This document shows, piece by piece, positions 43,019 to 60,884 of a DNA stretch of 64,000 nt (position 1 is its first letter; each line of letters begins with the position of its first letter). This DNA comes from Macrostomum hystrix. Lineage: Eukaryota > Animalia > Platyhelminthes. Location: positions 4,650,001-4,714,000 of the forward strand of contig CATNEN010000029.1 in assembly GCA_950097015.1 (NCBI GenBank), read 5' to 3'. The position numbers and the translations under genes were made by a program. The notes under the pieces were generated by a model. It saw nothing but the letters and a program-made list of their open reading frames with translations. It was not told the DNA's origin and did not search any database.

Positions 43019-46000
43019 ATGGCAGACCACGAAGCGAATAAGCAGCAGACTGGCTGCTCAGAAGACGAAGAAGAGAAAGAGATTAGCACAGCTGAGCGAT
43101 TTCGCATTGAGCAATTTCGACGAGTAAAAGCAAGGACAAAATCAACAGCAACGAGGACGCGCAACAAACTCGTACTGTTGCTACAGAGCGAAGCAGATCA
43201 CAACTCCATCCAGCAGGCCTGCGAGGCAGCGACAATTGCACATGACGACTGCGTGAAAACGCTTGAGGCATTCTACGACGAGCTGCTTCAACAAGAAGCG
43301 ACAGAAGAAGTTCGAAACAACCTGCTTGACGAGTTAGATCAAGTGGATCAACAATTTCACGACGCAATGAAATGCATCACCCAGTTCGTCTCTGCGCAGC
43401 AGGCGGCGACTGCCACGACTGCCGCGACTGCGGCGACTGCCACGACTGCGACGACTGCCGCGACTGTGGCGACTGCCGCGACTGCGGCGACTGCCGCGAC
43501 TGCGGCGACTGCCGCGACTGCGGCGACTGCCGCGACTGCGGCGACTGCCGCGACTGCGGCGACTGCCGCGACTGCGGCGACTGCCGCGACTGCGGCGACT
43601 GCCGCGACTGCGGCGACTGCCGCGACTGCCGCGACTGCGTCGACTGCCACGACTGCGGCGACTGCCGCAACTGCTTTTCCGGTAATGATCGCAAGCAGCA
43701 GCATCGAAGGCTCGGTGAGTGAAGAATGTAGGTCTCAGATTAGCAGCAGTGAAGCAGCGCTAGCCAAAGATCTCTGGAAGATGCTTCGGCGAGTAGAGAT
43801 TCCGAAGTTTGCTGGCGACAAGCAACAATACGAATCGTGGAAAGCTGCGTTTACTGCCTGCATTGACCGAGCCCCTGCTACGCCCGAGTTTAAGTTATTG
43901 CAACTCCGACAATATCTTCAAGGACCAGCACTGAAACTTGTCGAACATCTGGGCCATTCCGCCGCTGCCTACGAAGCCGCCAAGGACCGGCTGGAACGCG
44001 AATTCGGAGGTAGCCGCCGAAGAATTGCGCTGTACCTTGAAGAACTTGATAGCTTTCCACCTATCCGCACGTCAAATACAAAGGAACTTAAGCAATTTTC
44101 AAATTTGCTAGATGTAGCGGTAGTAAATCTCGAAGAGTCCGGCAAAGTCTCGGAACTGACGGATGGTTTGCTGTATGCGAAGCTGCAAAAGAAGCTCCCG
44201 GAGCAGATGGTAGCGCGCTACCGGCGTTGGCTTTTTGAAGGACATCGACCAGAGAGCGTAAAGATGTTGCGCGAGTGGGTGTTGTTAGAAGCCGCATTTC
44301 AGACAGAAGCCATGGAAATCGTGCACGGAGTGGCGAGTGAGGAAAGGTTCAAGAAGGAGACGCGATCGAAAACGTTCCTCATAAATCAGCAACAAACACC
44401 GCTGTCGAAAACCTGCACGATGTGTCAGGATCACCACGAATTGTGGAAGTGTGCCACCTTTAGACAGCTGTCAATCGAAAACCGCTGGAAAGCTGCCCAA
44501 GATGCCAGAGCCTGTTTTCGCTGTCTAGATCGCGGTCATGCTGCGCGGATGTGCCGACATGGGCGCCGATGTGGAATCAATGATTGTGGGAATTTGCACC
44601 ACCGCTTGCTGCACAGCAACACGACGATGAAAGCGGAGTCAAAGACGAAGGTGGCGGCAGAAGCCACTCGAAAGAACGCTGACCCGGTGCCGCGAGGAGC
44701 TGTGACAATGATGACCAGACAGGAAGGAGCGATGTCGCTACGAACAGTTCCGGTGATTCTCAAATCGGGCAACCGTTCAGTGAAAGTGAACGCGCTGTTA
44801 GACGATGCTAGCACAAGGACCTATGTGAACGCGGAGATTGCCGAAGCGCTGGGTTTGGAAGGCAAGATAGAGAGAGTGAAAGTGAACGTTTTGAACGGTC
44901 AGACTGAAACATTCTTGACGGCTCCTGTAACGATGACGCTAGAAAGTGTAGATGGGAGACTGAAGCGACAGATAACGGCGTTCACCACGGATAGCGTCAC
45001 AGGGAAACTGAAAGCCACGGATTGGCAGACGATGGCGACTGATAGGGAACACCTAGAACGAATTCCGTTTCCTCAGCTCCACGCGCCGCATCTCATCGAC
45101 CTTCTAATAGGAGTGGATCACGCAGAGCTACACGTATCCTATCGCGAGGTCCGTGGTGGACCCGGTGAGCCGCAGGCGCGTTTGACACCACTCGGATGGA
45201 CTGGTGTGGGTCCAGCGGCGCAGCAGCAGCATCAGACGAACTTAGCCAGCACATTTCTGTGCATCGCCAATGACGAGCTGCTGTCACCAGTGCTGCGCAA
45301 ATTCTGGGAGGTCGAAGAAGTCCGGCCAGAAAAGGATCAAAATTGGACAGCAGATGAGCAAGCGGCAGTTGATCAAGCAAAGTCTACGATAAAGCACATT
45401 AACGGCCGTTACCAGGTGGGAATTCCATGGAGGCCAAAAGCACAAATCCGCTTGAACAACTATGACATGGCGATTAAGCGGCTGAGCAACACGGAGAGCC
45501 GGTTAAAGAAAGATCTGGAGGTGGCCAAGCAGTATCAGACATGCATAGAGCGATATGAAAAGCAAGGCTATATTCGGCGAATCAAAGAAGATGAGTTCTC
45601 TGCTAGAAGATGCTTCCTGCCGCACTTCCCGATTGTCAGGCCCGACAAGTTGACGACAAAGGTTCGAATCGTCTTCGACGCTGCGGCGGGGGGAGACAAA
45701 AGCTCGCTCAACTCGCTGATTCTCCCAGGGCCGAAGCTTCAGCGAGAGTTGTTCGACGTGCTACTTCGCTTCAGGAGACATGCGGTCGCGGTGGCTTGTG
45801 ACATCTCCGAGATGTACCTCCAGATAGAAATGGCACCTGAAGACCGGCCAGCGCATAGTTTTCTATGGCGTGAAATGGACACAAACAAGCCGATCCAGAT
45901 GTTTGAGTTCAACCGCTTGGTCTTCGGAAACTCTAGTTCGCCATTTTTGGCCCAGTTCGTAGTCCGTGAGCACGCAGAACGGCTGAAAGAAGAGCTGCCA

Positions 46001-48613
46001 TCAGCGGCAGACACCGTTCTAAACTCTACCTACATGGACGATTGTTTGGACTCGGTTGCGTCGGAAGCTGAGGCGATCCAGCTGTTTCAGGAGTTAAAGA
46101 CACTCTGGGAGCGTGCAGGCATGCATCCGCGGAAGTGGATGTCCAATTCGCGAGAACTGTTGAGCAGAGTACCCCCAGCAGATAGGGTAGCCGAAGTAAC
46201 TCTGGAAGGGACGCCGATGCCATCCGTCAAGACACTCGGTGTCGCATGGAGAAGTGACCAAGACGAGTTCACCTTTAAGTCCGACCATACCCGGAAAGTA
46301 GCGACAACAAAACGAGAGTTGCTGAAGACTCTAGCATCCGTATTCGACCCGCTAGGATTTATTGCACCAGTCACAGTGGAGGCAAAAATCCTGCTCCAAG
46401 ATCTTTGGTGTAGTGGGCAAGAGTGGGATGAAAAGCCGGAGCCAGAGTTACAGGCAAAAATAACGAGATGGTGCGAAGAGCTACGAGAATTGGAACAGAT
46501 CCGGGTCAACCGCTGCCTGCAAGTGTCATCAGAAACGACATCTGCCGTACATGTCTTCGTGGATGCATCAGAAAAGGCGTACGGTGCTGTCAGTTTCTTA
46601 AGATGCGTTGACAACGGGACTGTAAAGTCAGTCAGCCTGGTAGCAGCCAAGTCTCGAGTAGCACCGGTGGCCACTGTCAGCATTCCCCGCCTCGAGCTCA
46701 TGGCCGCTGTGCTGGGAGCTCAATTGGCCGTCAAGATTGCAGCAGTACTGAAGAAAGACATCCGAGAATTTCTATTCTGGTCGGACAGCCTGAACGTTTT
46801 GTACTGGGTGAGAGGAAAAGGACGTTTCTTCAAGCCGTTTGTCGCTAACCGCATCGGAGAGATCCAGTCCATCACGGACCCAGACCAGTGGAGATATGTA
46901 CCGACCGAAGTCAATCCGGCTGATGCGCTGTCCCGAGGAATTTCAGTGAAGCAGCTGATGGAGACGGAAAGCTGGTGGCATGGACCAAGTTTTTTGCAAC
47001 TGGAAGAGCGTGACTGGCCGGAGAAGGTGCTGGAAAAGCCAAAAGATGTGGAAGAAAAGCGGGCGAGTGTTCGAAGTACGTTCGTCGGCATCCTGGAGGA
47101 ACCCGCGGCCGCGGTAGGTCGTCTAGACCCGACAAGATTCTCCAGCTGGTTGAGACTCGTCCGGGTCCACGCCTGGGTCGCTCGATTCGCTAACAACTGT
47201 CGGCTGCCTCCAGAGGACAGAGTGCACGGTGAACTACTTCCAACCGAGTTCGAAGAGGCTGAGAATCGAATTATCAAGGAAGCTCAGACGGAGGGCTTCA
47301 GTGGTGAAATTCAAGGGCTAAAGAAAGGCAAGCAACTGTCGGCCCATAGTCCGTTGAGCGCGCTTAAGCCTAAACTAGACGAAGATGGCTTGATCAGGGC
47401 GGATAGCCGGTTGCAGTTTGCTGAGATTCTGCCGTTTAGTGCTCGAGTGCCGATCATCTTACCGCGGCAACATCCGGTGACAAGGCTGATTGTCAAGTTC
47501 TATCATGAGCGGGCTCATCATTCAGGCACAAATCAAACGCTGGCGAGTCTTTCGAGTCGGTTCTGGATCATCGGAGCCCGCGAAGCCATCAGAGAATCGG
47601 AAATCTCGTGTTTCGAGTGCAAACGTAGAAAGGCCAAGCCGGCGACTCAAGTGATGGCACCGCTGCCAGAGAGCCGCTTCAAAGAACCGCTCAAGGCATT
47701 TATCCGCGTGTCCGTGGATTTTGGCGGACCATTCTTGACCAAGCAAGGGCGTGGAAAGGTTAGACAGAAGCGCTATCTTGCACTTTTTACATGCATGGCA
47801 ACTCGAGCAGTGCACTTAGAGATGGCCTACAGCCTAGACACCAGTTCGTTCTTGAATGCACTCTCGCGGATGATCAGTCGTCGAGGCCGCATCCTGGAGA
47901 TCTATTCGGATAACGGGACCAATTTTGTCGGCGCAGAGCGTGAGCTCCGAGAGTTAGTCAGCTCCATCGACCAGAGCGAGCTTCAGCGGAGCACAGCTCA
48001 TGAGCAGGTGCGGTGGCATTTTAACCCACCAGCAGCGCCGCACTTTGGAGGAGTCCACGAAAGCATGATCAAGTCGGCAAAGAAGGCGATTCAGGCGATT
48101 CTGAAAAATGCGGAAGTCAGCGACGAGGAGTTGGTCACGGCTTTCAATGCAGCGGAGTCGCTGCTCAATTCGAGACCGTTGACCTATCAGTCGGCGCACC
48201 CAAGTGATGACGTAGCCCTGACCCCAGGTCATTTCATCTATGGGCAAATCGGAGGTCAGTTGGCACCAGAAGTGGAGCAGGCTGACGCTTTCAATCCGAC
48301 TAAGAGGTGGCGCCATGTCCAACGATTAATGACGGCCTTCTGGCACCGGTGGATCCGCGAGTGGCTACCATCGCTGGGAGCCAGGACCAAATGGCGTCGT
48401 GAGCAACCAGATTTACAGCCAGGTGATGTGGTACTGCACGTTACGCCTGAAAGTCCGCGAGGTCATTGGCCATTGGCGAAGGTTGTGGATGTCTATCCAG
48501 GCAAGGACGGACGAGTGCGAGTGGCAAAAGTGCAGCTGGCTGGCAAGTTGTTCGTAAGGCCGATTGCGAGGCTGTGTCCGCTAGTCACGAAGGGAGGATT
48601 GAAGTCGGACTAG
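43019..48613 (+). CDS. Bel/Pao Gag-Pol polyprotein (Gag with three Cys-His knuckles, aspartic protease, RT, RNase H, integrase)
   Basis: IPKFAGD (Pao-type gag), [13 protein letters not shown] / [14 protein letters not shown] / [54 protein letters not shown]...C..C, VDFGGP, SDNGTNF, HFGGVHE; order PR-RT-RH-IN; likely ATG at 43019. Confidence 0.97.
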   Translation: MADHEANKQQTGCSEDEEEKEISTAERFRIEQFRRVKARTKSTATRTRNKLVLLLQSEADHNSIQQACEAATIAHDDCVKTLEAFYDELLQQEATEEVRNNLLDELDQVDQQFHDAMKCITQFVSAQQAATATTAATAATATTATTAATVATAATAATAATAATAATAATAATAATAATAATAATAATAATAATAATAATAATAATASTATTAATAATAFPVMIASSSIEGSVSEECRSQISSSEAALAKDLWKMLRRVEIPKFAGDKQQYESWKAAFTACIDRAPATPEFKLLQLRQYLQGPALKLVEHLGHSAAAYEAAKDRLEREFGGSRRRIALYLEELDSFPPIRTSNTKELKQFSNLLDVAVVNLEESGKVSELTDGLLYAKLQKKLPEQMVARYRRWLFEGHRPESVKMLREWVLLEAAFQTEAMEIVHGVASEERFKKETRSKTFLINQQQTPLSKTCTMCQDHHELWKCATFRQLSIENRWKAAQDARACFRCLDRGHAARMCRHGRRCGINDCGNLHHRLLHSNTTMKAESKTKVAAEATRKNADPVPRGAVTMMTRQEGAMSLRTVPVILKSGNRSVKVNALLDDASTRTYVNAEIAEALGLEGKIERVKVNVLNGQTETFLTAPVTMTLESVDGRLKRQITAFTTDSVTGKLKATDWQTMATDREHLERIPFPQLHAPHLIDLLIGVDHAELHVSYREVRGGPGEPQARLTPLGWTGVGPAAQQQHQTNLASTFLCIANDELLSPVLRKFWEVEEVRPEKDQNWTADEQAAVDQAKSTIKHINGRYQVGIPWRPKAQIRLNNYDMAIKRLSNTESRLKKDLEVAKQYQTCIERYEKQGYIRRIKEDEFSARRCFLPHFPIVRPDKLTTKVRIVFDAAAGGDKSSLNSLILPGPKLQRELFDVLLRFRRHAVAVACDISEMYLQIEMAPEDRPAHSFLWREMDTNKPIQMFEFNRLVFGNSSSPFLAQFVVREHAERLKEELPSAADTVLNSTYMDDCLDSVASEAEAIQLFQELKTLWERAGMHPRKWMSNSRELLSRVPPADRVAEVTLEGTPMPSVKTLGVAWRSDQDEFTFKSDHTRKVATTKRELLKTLASVFDPLGFIAPVTVEAKILLQDLWCSGQEWDEKPEPELQAKITRWCEELRELEQIRVNRCLQVSSETTSAVHVFVDASEKAYGAVSFLRCVDNGTVKSVSLVAAKSRVAPVATVSIPRLELMAAVLGAQLAVKIAAVLKKDIREFLFWSDSLNVLYWVRGKGRFFKPFVANRIGEIQSITDPDQWRYVPTEVNPADALSRGISVKQLMETESWWHGPSFLQLEERDWPEKVLEKPKDVEEKRASVRSTFVGILEEPAAAVGRLDPTRFSSWLRLVRVHAWVARFANNCRLPPEDRVHGELLPTEFEEAENRIIKEAQTEGFSGEIQGLKKGKQLSAHSPLSALKPKLDEDGLIRADSRLQFAEILPFSARVPIILPRQHPVTRLIVKFYHERAHHSGTNQTLASLSSRFWIIGAREAIRESEISCFECKRRKAKPATQVMAPLPESRFKEPLKAFIRVSVDFGGPFLTKQGRGKVRQKRYLALFTCMATRAVHLEMAYSLDTSSFLNALSRMISRRGRILEIYSDNGTNFVGAERELRELVSSIDQSELQRSTAHEQVRWHFNPPAAPHFGGVHESMIKSAKKAIQAILKNAEVSDEELVTAFNAAESLLNSRPLTYQSAHPSDDVALTPGHFIYGQIGGQLAPEVEQADAFNPTKRWRHVQRLMTAFWHRWIREWLPSLGARTKWRREQPDLQPGDVVLHVTPESPRGHWPLAKVVDVYPGKDGRVRVAKVQLAGKLFVRPIARLCPLVTKGGLKSD
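43409..43675 (+). repeat. In-frame 9/18-bp minisatellite inside gag, encoding (ATA)n
   Basis: (GCGACTGCGGCGACTGCC)n. Confidence 0.97.
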
Positions 48614-49080
48614 TGGAGTGTGTGAAGTAAGTTAACTGAGTTTCTGAGGACATGTCGTCGGTTTATGTGTGTTGGACATCATTTTGTGTTACATGCGTTG
48701 CTTTGCGTTAAGTTGCTTCATTATAAGAGTTTGGTGGTGGGAATTTGCTATAGTTGTATGTTTAATTTTCTTTCTTTCCTTATTTTTTAATTTAAATTTC
48801 CTTCCCTGCGCACAGTTGCCGTTTGAGTTAAGTGTGTTTACTTCGTACGCTGCGTTCTTGGTGAGTTTGTATGCGCAATAGATGTGTTATTAGTTCGTGC
48901 TCCATCACCTATAATTATATTAACCATTGATTTCGCACATTATGATTTGAGAGTCGTACTAGTTTATGCGGTTTAGTTTTGTTTTGTTGTAATTCAAAGG
49001 TAATTTTCAGCGTTGTTTATGCAGTTTTCGACTAGTTTGGATTATGTTCATTTAGGGTGAGTCATTGGCATGTGCTCATG

Positions 49081-49095
49081 CCAAGAAGGGAGGTA
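49081..49095 (+). other. Polypurine tract
   Basis: CCAAGAAGGGAGGTA immediately 5' of the 3' LTR. Confidence 0.8.
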
Positions 49096-49442
49096 TGGTT
49101 GAGAGGCCTGAGTAGTTTATTAATTCTAATTATTTTGGTTGCATTCATATATTGTATTTTCAGTCTAGAAGTGCTCTAAGCTGACAGCCAATCAGCGTGC
49201 TTCAAGCGTCACAGTAATTTTTCTAACCCAAGCCCCAGTCAGTGTGCATCTATCGGCACCGTACAATACTTCGTGTTGCTAGTACTTTTCTCACCCCCAG
49301 TCACCACCTCAATGCAAAATAAAAATAAATATTACTGCGGAGCTAGAGCGCAGAGGTCGTACCGGTAGTACTCATACCTTGTTATGCGATAAAACGCCGC
49401 TGTCAAATCATTGTCCTTCTTCGTTACTTGTTCACCGAAACA
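49096..49442 (+). repeat. 3' LTR
   Basis: Matches the 5' LTR. Confidence 0.97.
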
Positions 49443-49565
49443 AAGCTCATTCATATTTAATAAAGCCTTAAACTCATGAACTCATGAGTCTGAACTTACA
49501 AAATATTTGGCTTATTCAGTAATTGTTTATATAAAGTGTGTGCTAACAATAGCTAGCATTAATAA

Positions 49566-54490
<4,925 letters not shown>

Positions 54491-54639
54491 CTGTCTTGGC
54501 CAGAGATAATGGCTGGCTCATTTCTGTGTCACACATTCCCGCTGCGATTATCGCTACGAACAATATGTTTTAGTCGTTTGTAAATTTGTTAATTTTCGTT
54601 TCCTAGTTTACTTCTCAGTTTTTTTCGGCGCTTATGCAT

Positions 54640-55310
54640 TGCGTCATTCTCTAATTGATCAGTTATCTACGCTATGGCCATTCTCTGATTGGTCAGCTAT
54701 CTACGATATGGCCATTCTCTGATTGGTCAGTTATCTACGCTATGGCCATTCTCTGATTGGTCAGTTATCTACGCTATGGCCATTCTCTGATTGGTCAGTT
54801 ATCTACGCTATGGCCATTCTCTGATTGGTCAGTTATCTACGCTATGGCCATTCTCTGATTGGTCAGTTATCTACGCTATGGCCATTCTCTGATTGGTCAG
54901 TTATCTACGCTATGGCCATTCTCTGATTGGTCAGGTATCTACGCTATGGCCATTCTCTGATTGATCAGTTATCTACGCTATGGCCATTCTCTGATTGGTC
55001 AGTTATCTACGCTATGGCCATTCTCTGATTGGTCAGTTATCTACGCTATGGCCATTCTCTGATTTGTCAGTTATCTACGCTATGGCCATTCTCTGATTGG
55101 TCAGTTATCTACGCTATGGCCATTCTCTGATTGGTCAGTTATCTACGCTATGGCCATTCTCTGATTGGTCAGTTATCTACGCTATGGCCATTCTCTGATT
55201 GGTCAGTTATCTACGCTATGGCCATTCTCTGATTGGTCAGTTATCTACGCTATGGCCATTCTCTGATTTGTCAGTTATCTACGCTATGGCCATTCTCTAA
55301 TTGGTCAATA
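54640..55310. repeat. 34-bp minisatellite, ~20 copies, most carrying a CCAAT box
   Basis: Unit TGGCCATTCTCTGATTGGTCAGTTATCTACGCTA. Confidence 0.97.
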
Positions 55311-56527
55311 AGCCATAGTTGTTTTACATAGAAAACAAAATTATTTTTTCAAGATAGAAGTGAATTGTCTAAACGTTATATTTTCTGTGTTAGTTTACTA
55401 TTTCGTAGGTTATCTATTGCCATTGCTGAAACTTTTGTTTTCTATCGATTGCCACTTCAAGAAAGAATCATCGCTGATGTAGTTTTTTGTTTATGCAATT
55501 TCATTTTGAAGGCTACGAGTTTCTTATTGTGACTAACTTATTCTATCCCACCTACAGACAAGATTATTATAAACGCCATTTTTACAGCTAGCTAATAACA
55601 TGTTTCGTTCAGAATTCCCCAAATCCACAAGCTAGTTTTTAATCTAATCGGAAGGATATATAATCAAAGAGCTAAGAATGGAGGATAGAACAGATGGTGG
55701 ATTAGAAGGAACTGATCTTGTATAAGATTGGGATTTATTCAGGTTAGTAGCAGATAGGAAAACTATTACACGATTGTCACGTATTATTATGCCTGCTATA
55801 TATATTTCTTCTCCATGATAGGGTAGGATTCATCGATGCTATAGAAGTAGATTAACTTAGTCAGGGAATCACTATAATGATATTCTAGTTAGCCTTTTCT
55901 TCTTAAAATCATTTACATTAATTTATTGTTCTTTAAATCATTGGAGAGTTTAAAAGTTACATTTATTGTATTTTAGTAGTGACTCCCCACCCACCAAAGC
56001 TATCAGCTGATCAGTATCTCATGCTCCAATGATCCACTTTAATCCCTTGCATATTGTTCCTAAGCTTTCTATTTTTCGTCTTAAATAGGTGTTAAAAGTT
56101 TCCTGTTTGTGATCTCCGCTGCTGTAAGTTATTTATTGTTTTGCAGAAACCATAATACATTGTTTTGTTAATTTATTAATCAATAGATTTTCTTTCATAT
56201 TTTATATGCTTACTATCTTTATATATATAGAAGATTTTTTTCTCTCTTCTGAAAATATGATATTTAAATATTCATATAAGAGTATATGTATAGACTATTG
56301 AAAGTAGTACATAACAAGCACTAAACTCAAGCTTTTTTCTTCGATGTGTAAGATCATTATGTTCAGAACTGGAGCACCTTGATTTTACCTTTCACTACTA
56401 TATGCAGTGCATCGTCTAGTGCATCGCTGCTTTCCACTTTAGTGACTTCAAATAGTCAGTTTAGATTTCTCACTCTTACTACAGTTTGTCCGTGTGTGGG
56501 CTTTTCAATTCTATTCTATTCAATTCT

Positions 56528-58278
56528 CTCCCGTCTCACTCCCCCGTAACTCCCTCTCTGCCGTGTCTCACTCCCCCGTAACTCCCTCTCTCCCGTGTCT
56601 CACTCCCCCGTAACTCCCTCTCTCCCCTGTCTCACTCCCCCGTAACTCCCTCTCTCCCGTGTCTCACTCCCCCGTAACTCCCTCTCTCCCGTGTCTCACT
56701 CCCCCGTAACTCCCTCTCTCCCCTGTCTCACTCCCCAGTAACTCCCTCCCTCCCCTGTCTCACTCCCCCGTAACTCCCTCTCTCCCGTGTCTCACTCCCC
56801 CGTAACTCCCTCTCTCCCGTGTCTCACTCTCTCCCCTGTCTCACTCCCCCGTAACTCCCTCTCTCCCCTGTCTCACTCCCCCGTAACTCCCTCTCTCCCG
56901 TGTCTCACTCCCCCGTAACTCCCTCTCTCCCGTGTCTCACTCCCCCGTAACTCCCTCTCTCCCCTTTCTCACTCCCCCGTAACTCCCTCTCTCCCCTGTC
57001 TCACTCCCCCGTAACTCCCTCTCTCCCGTGTCTCACTCCCCCCGTAACTCCCTCTCTCCCGTGTCTCACTCCCCCGTAACTCCCTCTCTCCCCTGTCTCA
57101 CTCCCCAGTAACTCCCTCTCTCCCCTGTCTCACTCCCCCGTAACTCCCTCTCTCCCCTGTCTCACTCCCCCGTAACTCCCTCTCTCCCGTGTCTCACTCC
57201 CCCCGTAACTCCCTCTCTCCCGTGTCTCACTCCCCCGTAACTCCCTCTCTCCCCTGTCTCACTCCCCCGTAACTCCCTCTCTCCCCTGTCTCACTCCCCG
57301 TAACTCCCTCTCTCCCGTGTCTCACTCCCCCGTAACTCCCTCTCTCCCGTGTCTCACTCCCCCGTAACTCCCTCTCTCCCCTGTCTCACTCCCCAGTAAC
57401 TCCCTCCCTCCCCTGTCTCACTCCCCCGTAACTCCCTCTCTCCCGTGTCTCACTCCCCCGTAACTCCCTCTCTCCCGTGTCTCACTCTCTCCCCTGTCTC
57501 ACTCCCCCGTAACTCCCTCTCTCCCCTGTCTCACTCCCCCGTAACTCCCTCTCTCCCGTGTCTCACTCCCCCGTAACTCCCTCTCTCCCGTGTCTCACTC
57601 CCCCGTAACTCCCTCTCTCCCCTTTCTCACTCCCCCGTAACTCCCTCTCTCCCCTGTCTCACTCCCCCGTAACTCCCTCTCTCCCGTGTCTCACTCCCCC
57701 CGTAACTCCCTCTCTCCCGTGTCTCACTCCCCCGTAACTCCCTCTCTCCCCTGTCTCACTCCCCAGTAACTCCCTCTCTCCCCTGTCTCACTCCCCCGTA
57801 ACTCCCTCTCTCCCCTGTCTCACTCCCCCGTAACTCCCTCTCTCCCGTGTCTCACTCCCCCGTAACTCCCTCTCTCCCGTGTCTCACTCCCCCGTAACTC
57901 CCTCTCTCCCCTGTCTCACTCCCCCGTAACTCCCTCTCTCCCCTGTCTCACTCCCCGTAACTCCCTCTCTCCCCTGTCTCACTCCCCCGTAACTCCCTCT
58001 CTCCCGTGTCTCACTCCCCCGTAACTCCCTCTCTCCCCTGTCTCACTCCCCCGTAACTCCCTCTCTCCCCTGTCTCACTCCCCCGTAACTCCCTCTCTCC
58101 CCTGTCTCACTCCCCCGTAACTCCCTCTCTCCCGTGTCTCACTCCCCCGTAACTCCCTCTCTCCCCTGTCTCACTCCCCCGTAACTCCCTCTCTCCCCTG
58201 TCTCACTCCCCCGTAACTCCCTCTCTCCCCTGTCTCACTCCCCGTAACTCCCTCTCTCCCCTGTCTTACTCCCCCGCA
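56528..58278. repeat. C-rich 32-bp minisatellite, ~54 copies, with a 658-bp higher-order duplication
   Basis: Unit CTCACTCCCCCGTAACTCCCTCTCTCCC(G/C)TGT; diagnostic variants at 56733/57391 and 56961/57619. Confidence 0.97.
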
Positions 58279-59094
58279 CCTCACTGTCTCTCATATCTCA
58301 CCCCATCCCTTCTCCAGTTGTCCTCCACCCCTTTCTCTCACTTTGCTTCGTTCGTCCGTGGCCCTGCTGTTCTTATCTCCACAAAAATGATCCTGAACTT
58401 TTCCAAACGCAAATTTTATCAAATCTTTTTATCGATATATATTATCTTTCTTTTGCTATTCATTTCTAAGTGAAAACACGTGCAAAGATAATTTAATTTC
58501 AACATCATGACCACATTGTGAGTGTATTTTTCGTATTTTAAGTTTCCCTTTTGCTATCATGATTACTAAATTCAAATGCTGCTAACAAATAGTTATATCT
58601 ATTGTTCGTCTCTGTTTTATATTTCTGATTTCTTATTTCGTGTATTTCTTGTTGTTTTAAAGCTGTACAAATAAGAATTTTCATACATTTATTTTCTTCT
58701 GTTGTAACAAATAGCTAGAACTCTTTAGGTTTAGGCTATAGACAATATTGAATATCTGAATGGAATTTACAGACAAAACTGAAATCTTTCAGGAAAACAT
58801 TATTTGATCTTTGGTGTTCTAGTTTATTATAAATTATCGTGCTATATTTTGTGTAATATAGATTATTTTATTTTAATCATTAATAATAAACTGTGTTGTT
58901 GCTCTGCGCCAAGTCTAGTTGTGTATCTATTTCTCTCTAAAAATGTAGCATTGTTTTTTGTTTTCGATACTGCTTTACAGCTGTATTGTCCTAGCATCTA
59001 GTTTTACACTTAGTAGAAATGGTACAGTGACGTTTTTATTAATTTTATGACTAAAATGGAATTAAGTAAATTGCTAATTTGGTCACGGTGGAGT

Positions 59095-60105
59095 TAAATG
59101 TATTGCTAGTCTATCCTGTATGGAATAGAGTGGATTGCTAATCTAACCTCCATGGAATAGAGTGGATTGCTAATCTAACCTCTATGGAATAGAGTGGATT
59201 GCTAGTCTATCCTGTATGGAATAGAGTGGATTGCTAATCCAGCCAGGATGGAATAGAGTGGATTGCTAATCTAACCTCTATGGAATAGAGTGGATTGCTA
59301 ATCTAACCTCTATGGAATAGAGTGGATTGCTAATCTAACCTCTATGGAATAGAGTGGATTGCTAATCTAACCTCTATGGAATAGAGTGGATTGCTAATCT
59401 AACCTCTATGGAATAGAGTGGATTGCTAATCTAGCCTGTATGGAATAGAGTGGATTGCTAATCCAGCCAGGATGGAATAGAGTGGATTGCTAATCTAGCC
59501 TGGATGGAATAGAGTGGATTGCTAATCTAACCTCTATGGAATAGAGTGGATTGCTAATCTAGCCTGGATGGAATAGAGTGGATTGCTAATCCAGCCTGGA
59601 TGGAATAGAGTGGATTGCTAATCCAGCCTGGATGGAATAGAGTGGATTGCTAATCTAGCCTGTATGGAATAGAGTGGATTGCTAATCCAGCCTGGATGGA
59701 ATAGAGTGGATTGCTAATCCAGCCTGGATGGAATAGAGTGGATTGCTAATCTAGCCTGTATGGAATAGAGTGGATTGCTAATCTAGCCTGTATGGAATAG
59801 AGTGGATTGCTAATCTAACATCTATGCAATAGAGTGGATTGCTAATCCAGCCTGGATGGAATAGAGTGGATTGCTAATCTAGCCTGTATGGAATAGAGTG
59901 GATTGCTAATCTAACATCTATGCAATAGAGTGGATTGCTAATCCAGCCTGGATGGAATAGAGTGGATTGCTAATCTAGCCTGTATGGAATAGAGTGGATT
60001 GCTAATCTAACATCTATGCAATAGAGTGGATTGCTAATCCAGCCTGGATGGAATAGAGTGGATTGCTAATCTAGCCTGGATGGAATTGAGTGGATTGCTA
60101 ATCTT
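59095..60105. repeat. 32-bp minisatellite, ~31 copies
   Basis: Unit GAATAGAGTGGATTGCTAATCTAACCTCTATG and CAGCCTGGATG variants. Confidence 0.96.
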
Positions 60106-60594
60106 CCCGTTATTAATTAATAAATAGACAACGCTTGATTGTATGTTTTTTCCACAGAGTAATGAATTGGGATGAGAATAATCTACACTTTGTTCACATT
60201 CCTAATAAATATATTAGCCTCGTCAGATTATTGCAAGTGAAATTCATCGCATCTGTACAGCCTAAATGATTATGTCGATGGCTCCGGCCCATCCAAGCCC
60301 GTTGAGTCCCGGGTTAAGGAATTCTCTCTCTGTAATGAAGGGAAATTTAATTATCTGTTCAAGCATTCGACACGCAAACAGTATCTACTAAACAATACTG
60401 CTCACTAGACTTGCCCCTAGGAGCTTCACAATCTCTTTCAAGCTTCTCTGTTTTGCTTAAGCAAAATCTTAAGAAAATGCTTGCAGAGTGAATCTTTGTG
60501 TGGGAGTTTCATCCCTAGGCTAATCCTCAGCTTTCTGTCCAGTTTTAAGGCTTCTTCTTAATCCTGTTTGTGTGCAAGAAGGCTTGAAGTGTGA

Positions 60595-60822
60595 ACTATT
60601 GCGCGGCGCATGTTAAGGCTGCGCACGGCTGTTCAGTCCATGGACTGGGGAGACGCCACGCCCGCCCTCAATCAAGTCGGCTGATGCTGGTACCCAGCTG
60701 GCTGCACTGGAGCAATGGAAAGTAAAGCGTCTTGCTAAAGGACATATTGTTCCAGTCGGGAATCGAACCACCGACCTTTAGTTCATTTATCCGAACCCCC
60801 TGAAGCACTAGGCTACAATCCC
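60595..60822 (-). mobile_element. SINE family B copy
   Basis: GCTGTTCAGTCCATGGACTG, CTGATGCTGGTACCC, GAATCGAACC, CACTAGGCTACA. Confidence 0.85.
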
Positions 60823-60884
60823 CATTTTTACTATGCGCTAAAAAACATTATCACGCATAATAAAATAAATTTAGCCACTAGGAG

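Larger units (their letters stand above)
42648..49442 (+). mobile_element. Full-length Bel/Pao LTR retrotransposon
   Basis: TG...CA LTRs at 42648-42994 and 49096-49442 (347 bp each, no differences seen by eye); AAGCTC TSD (42642-42647 and 49443-49448); PBS; PPT; single intact gag-pol ORF. Confidence 0.98.

Noticed and set aside
48669-48881. Hydrophobic ORF after pol as a possible env
   Set aside because: It is only 70 codons with a TTG start, and the hydrophobicity is explained by the T-rich 3' UTR.
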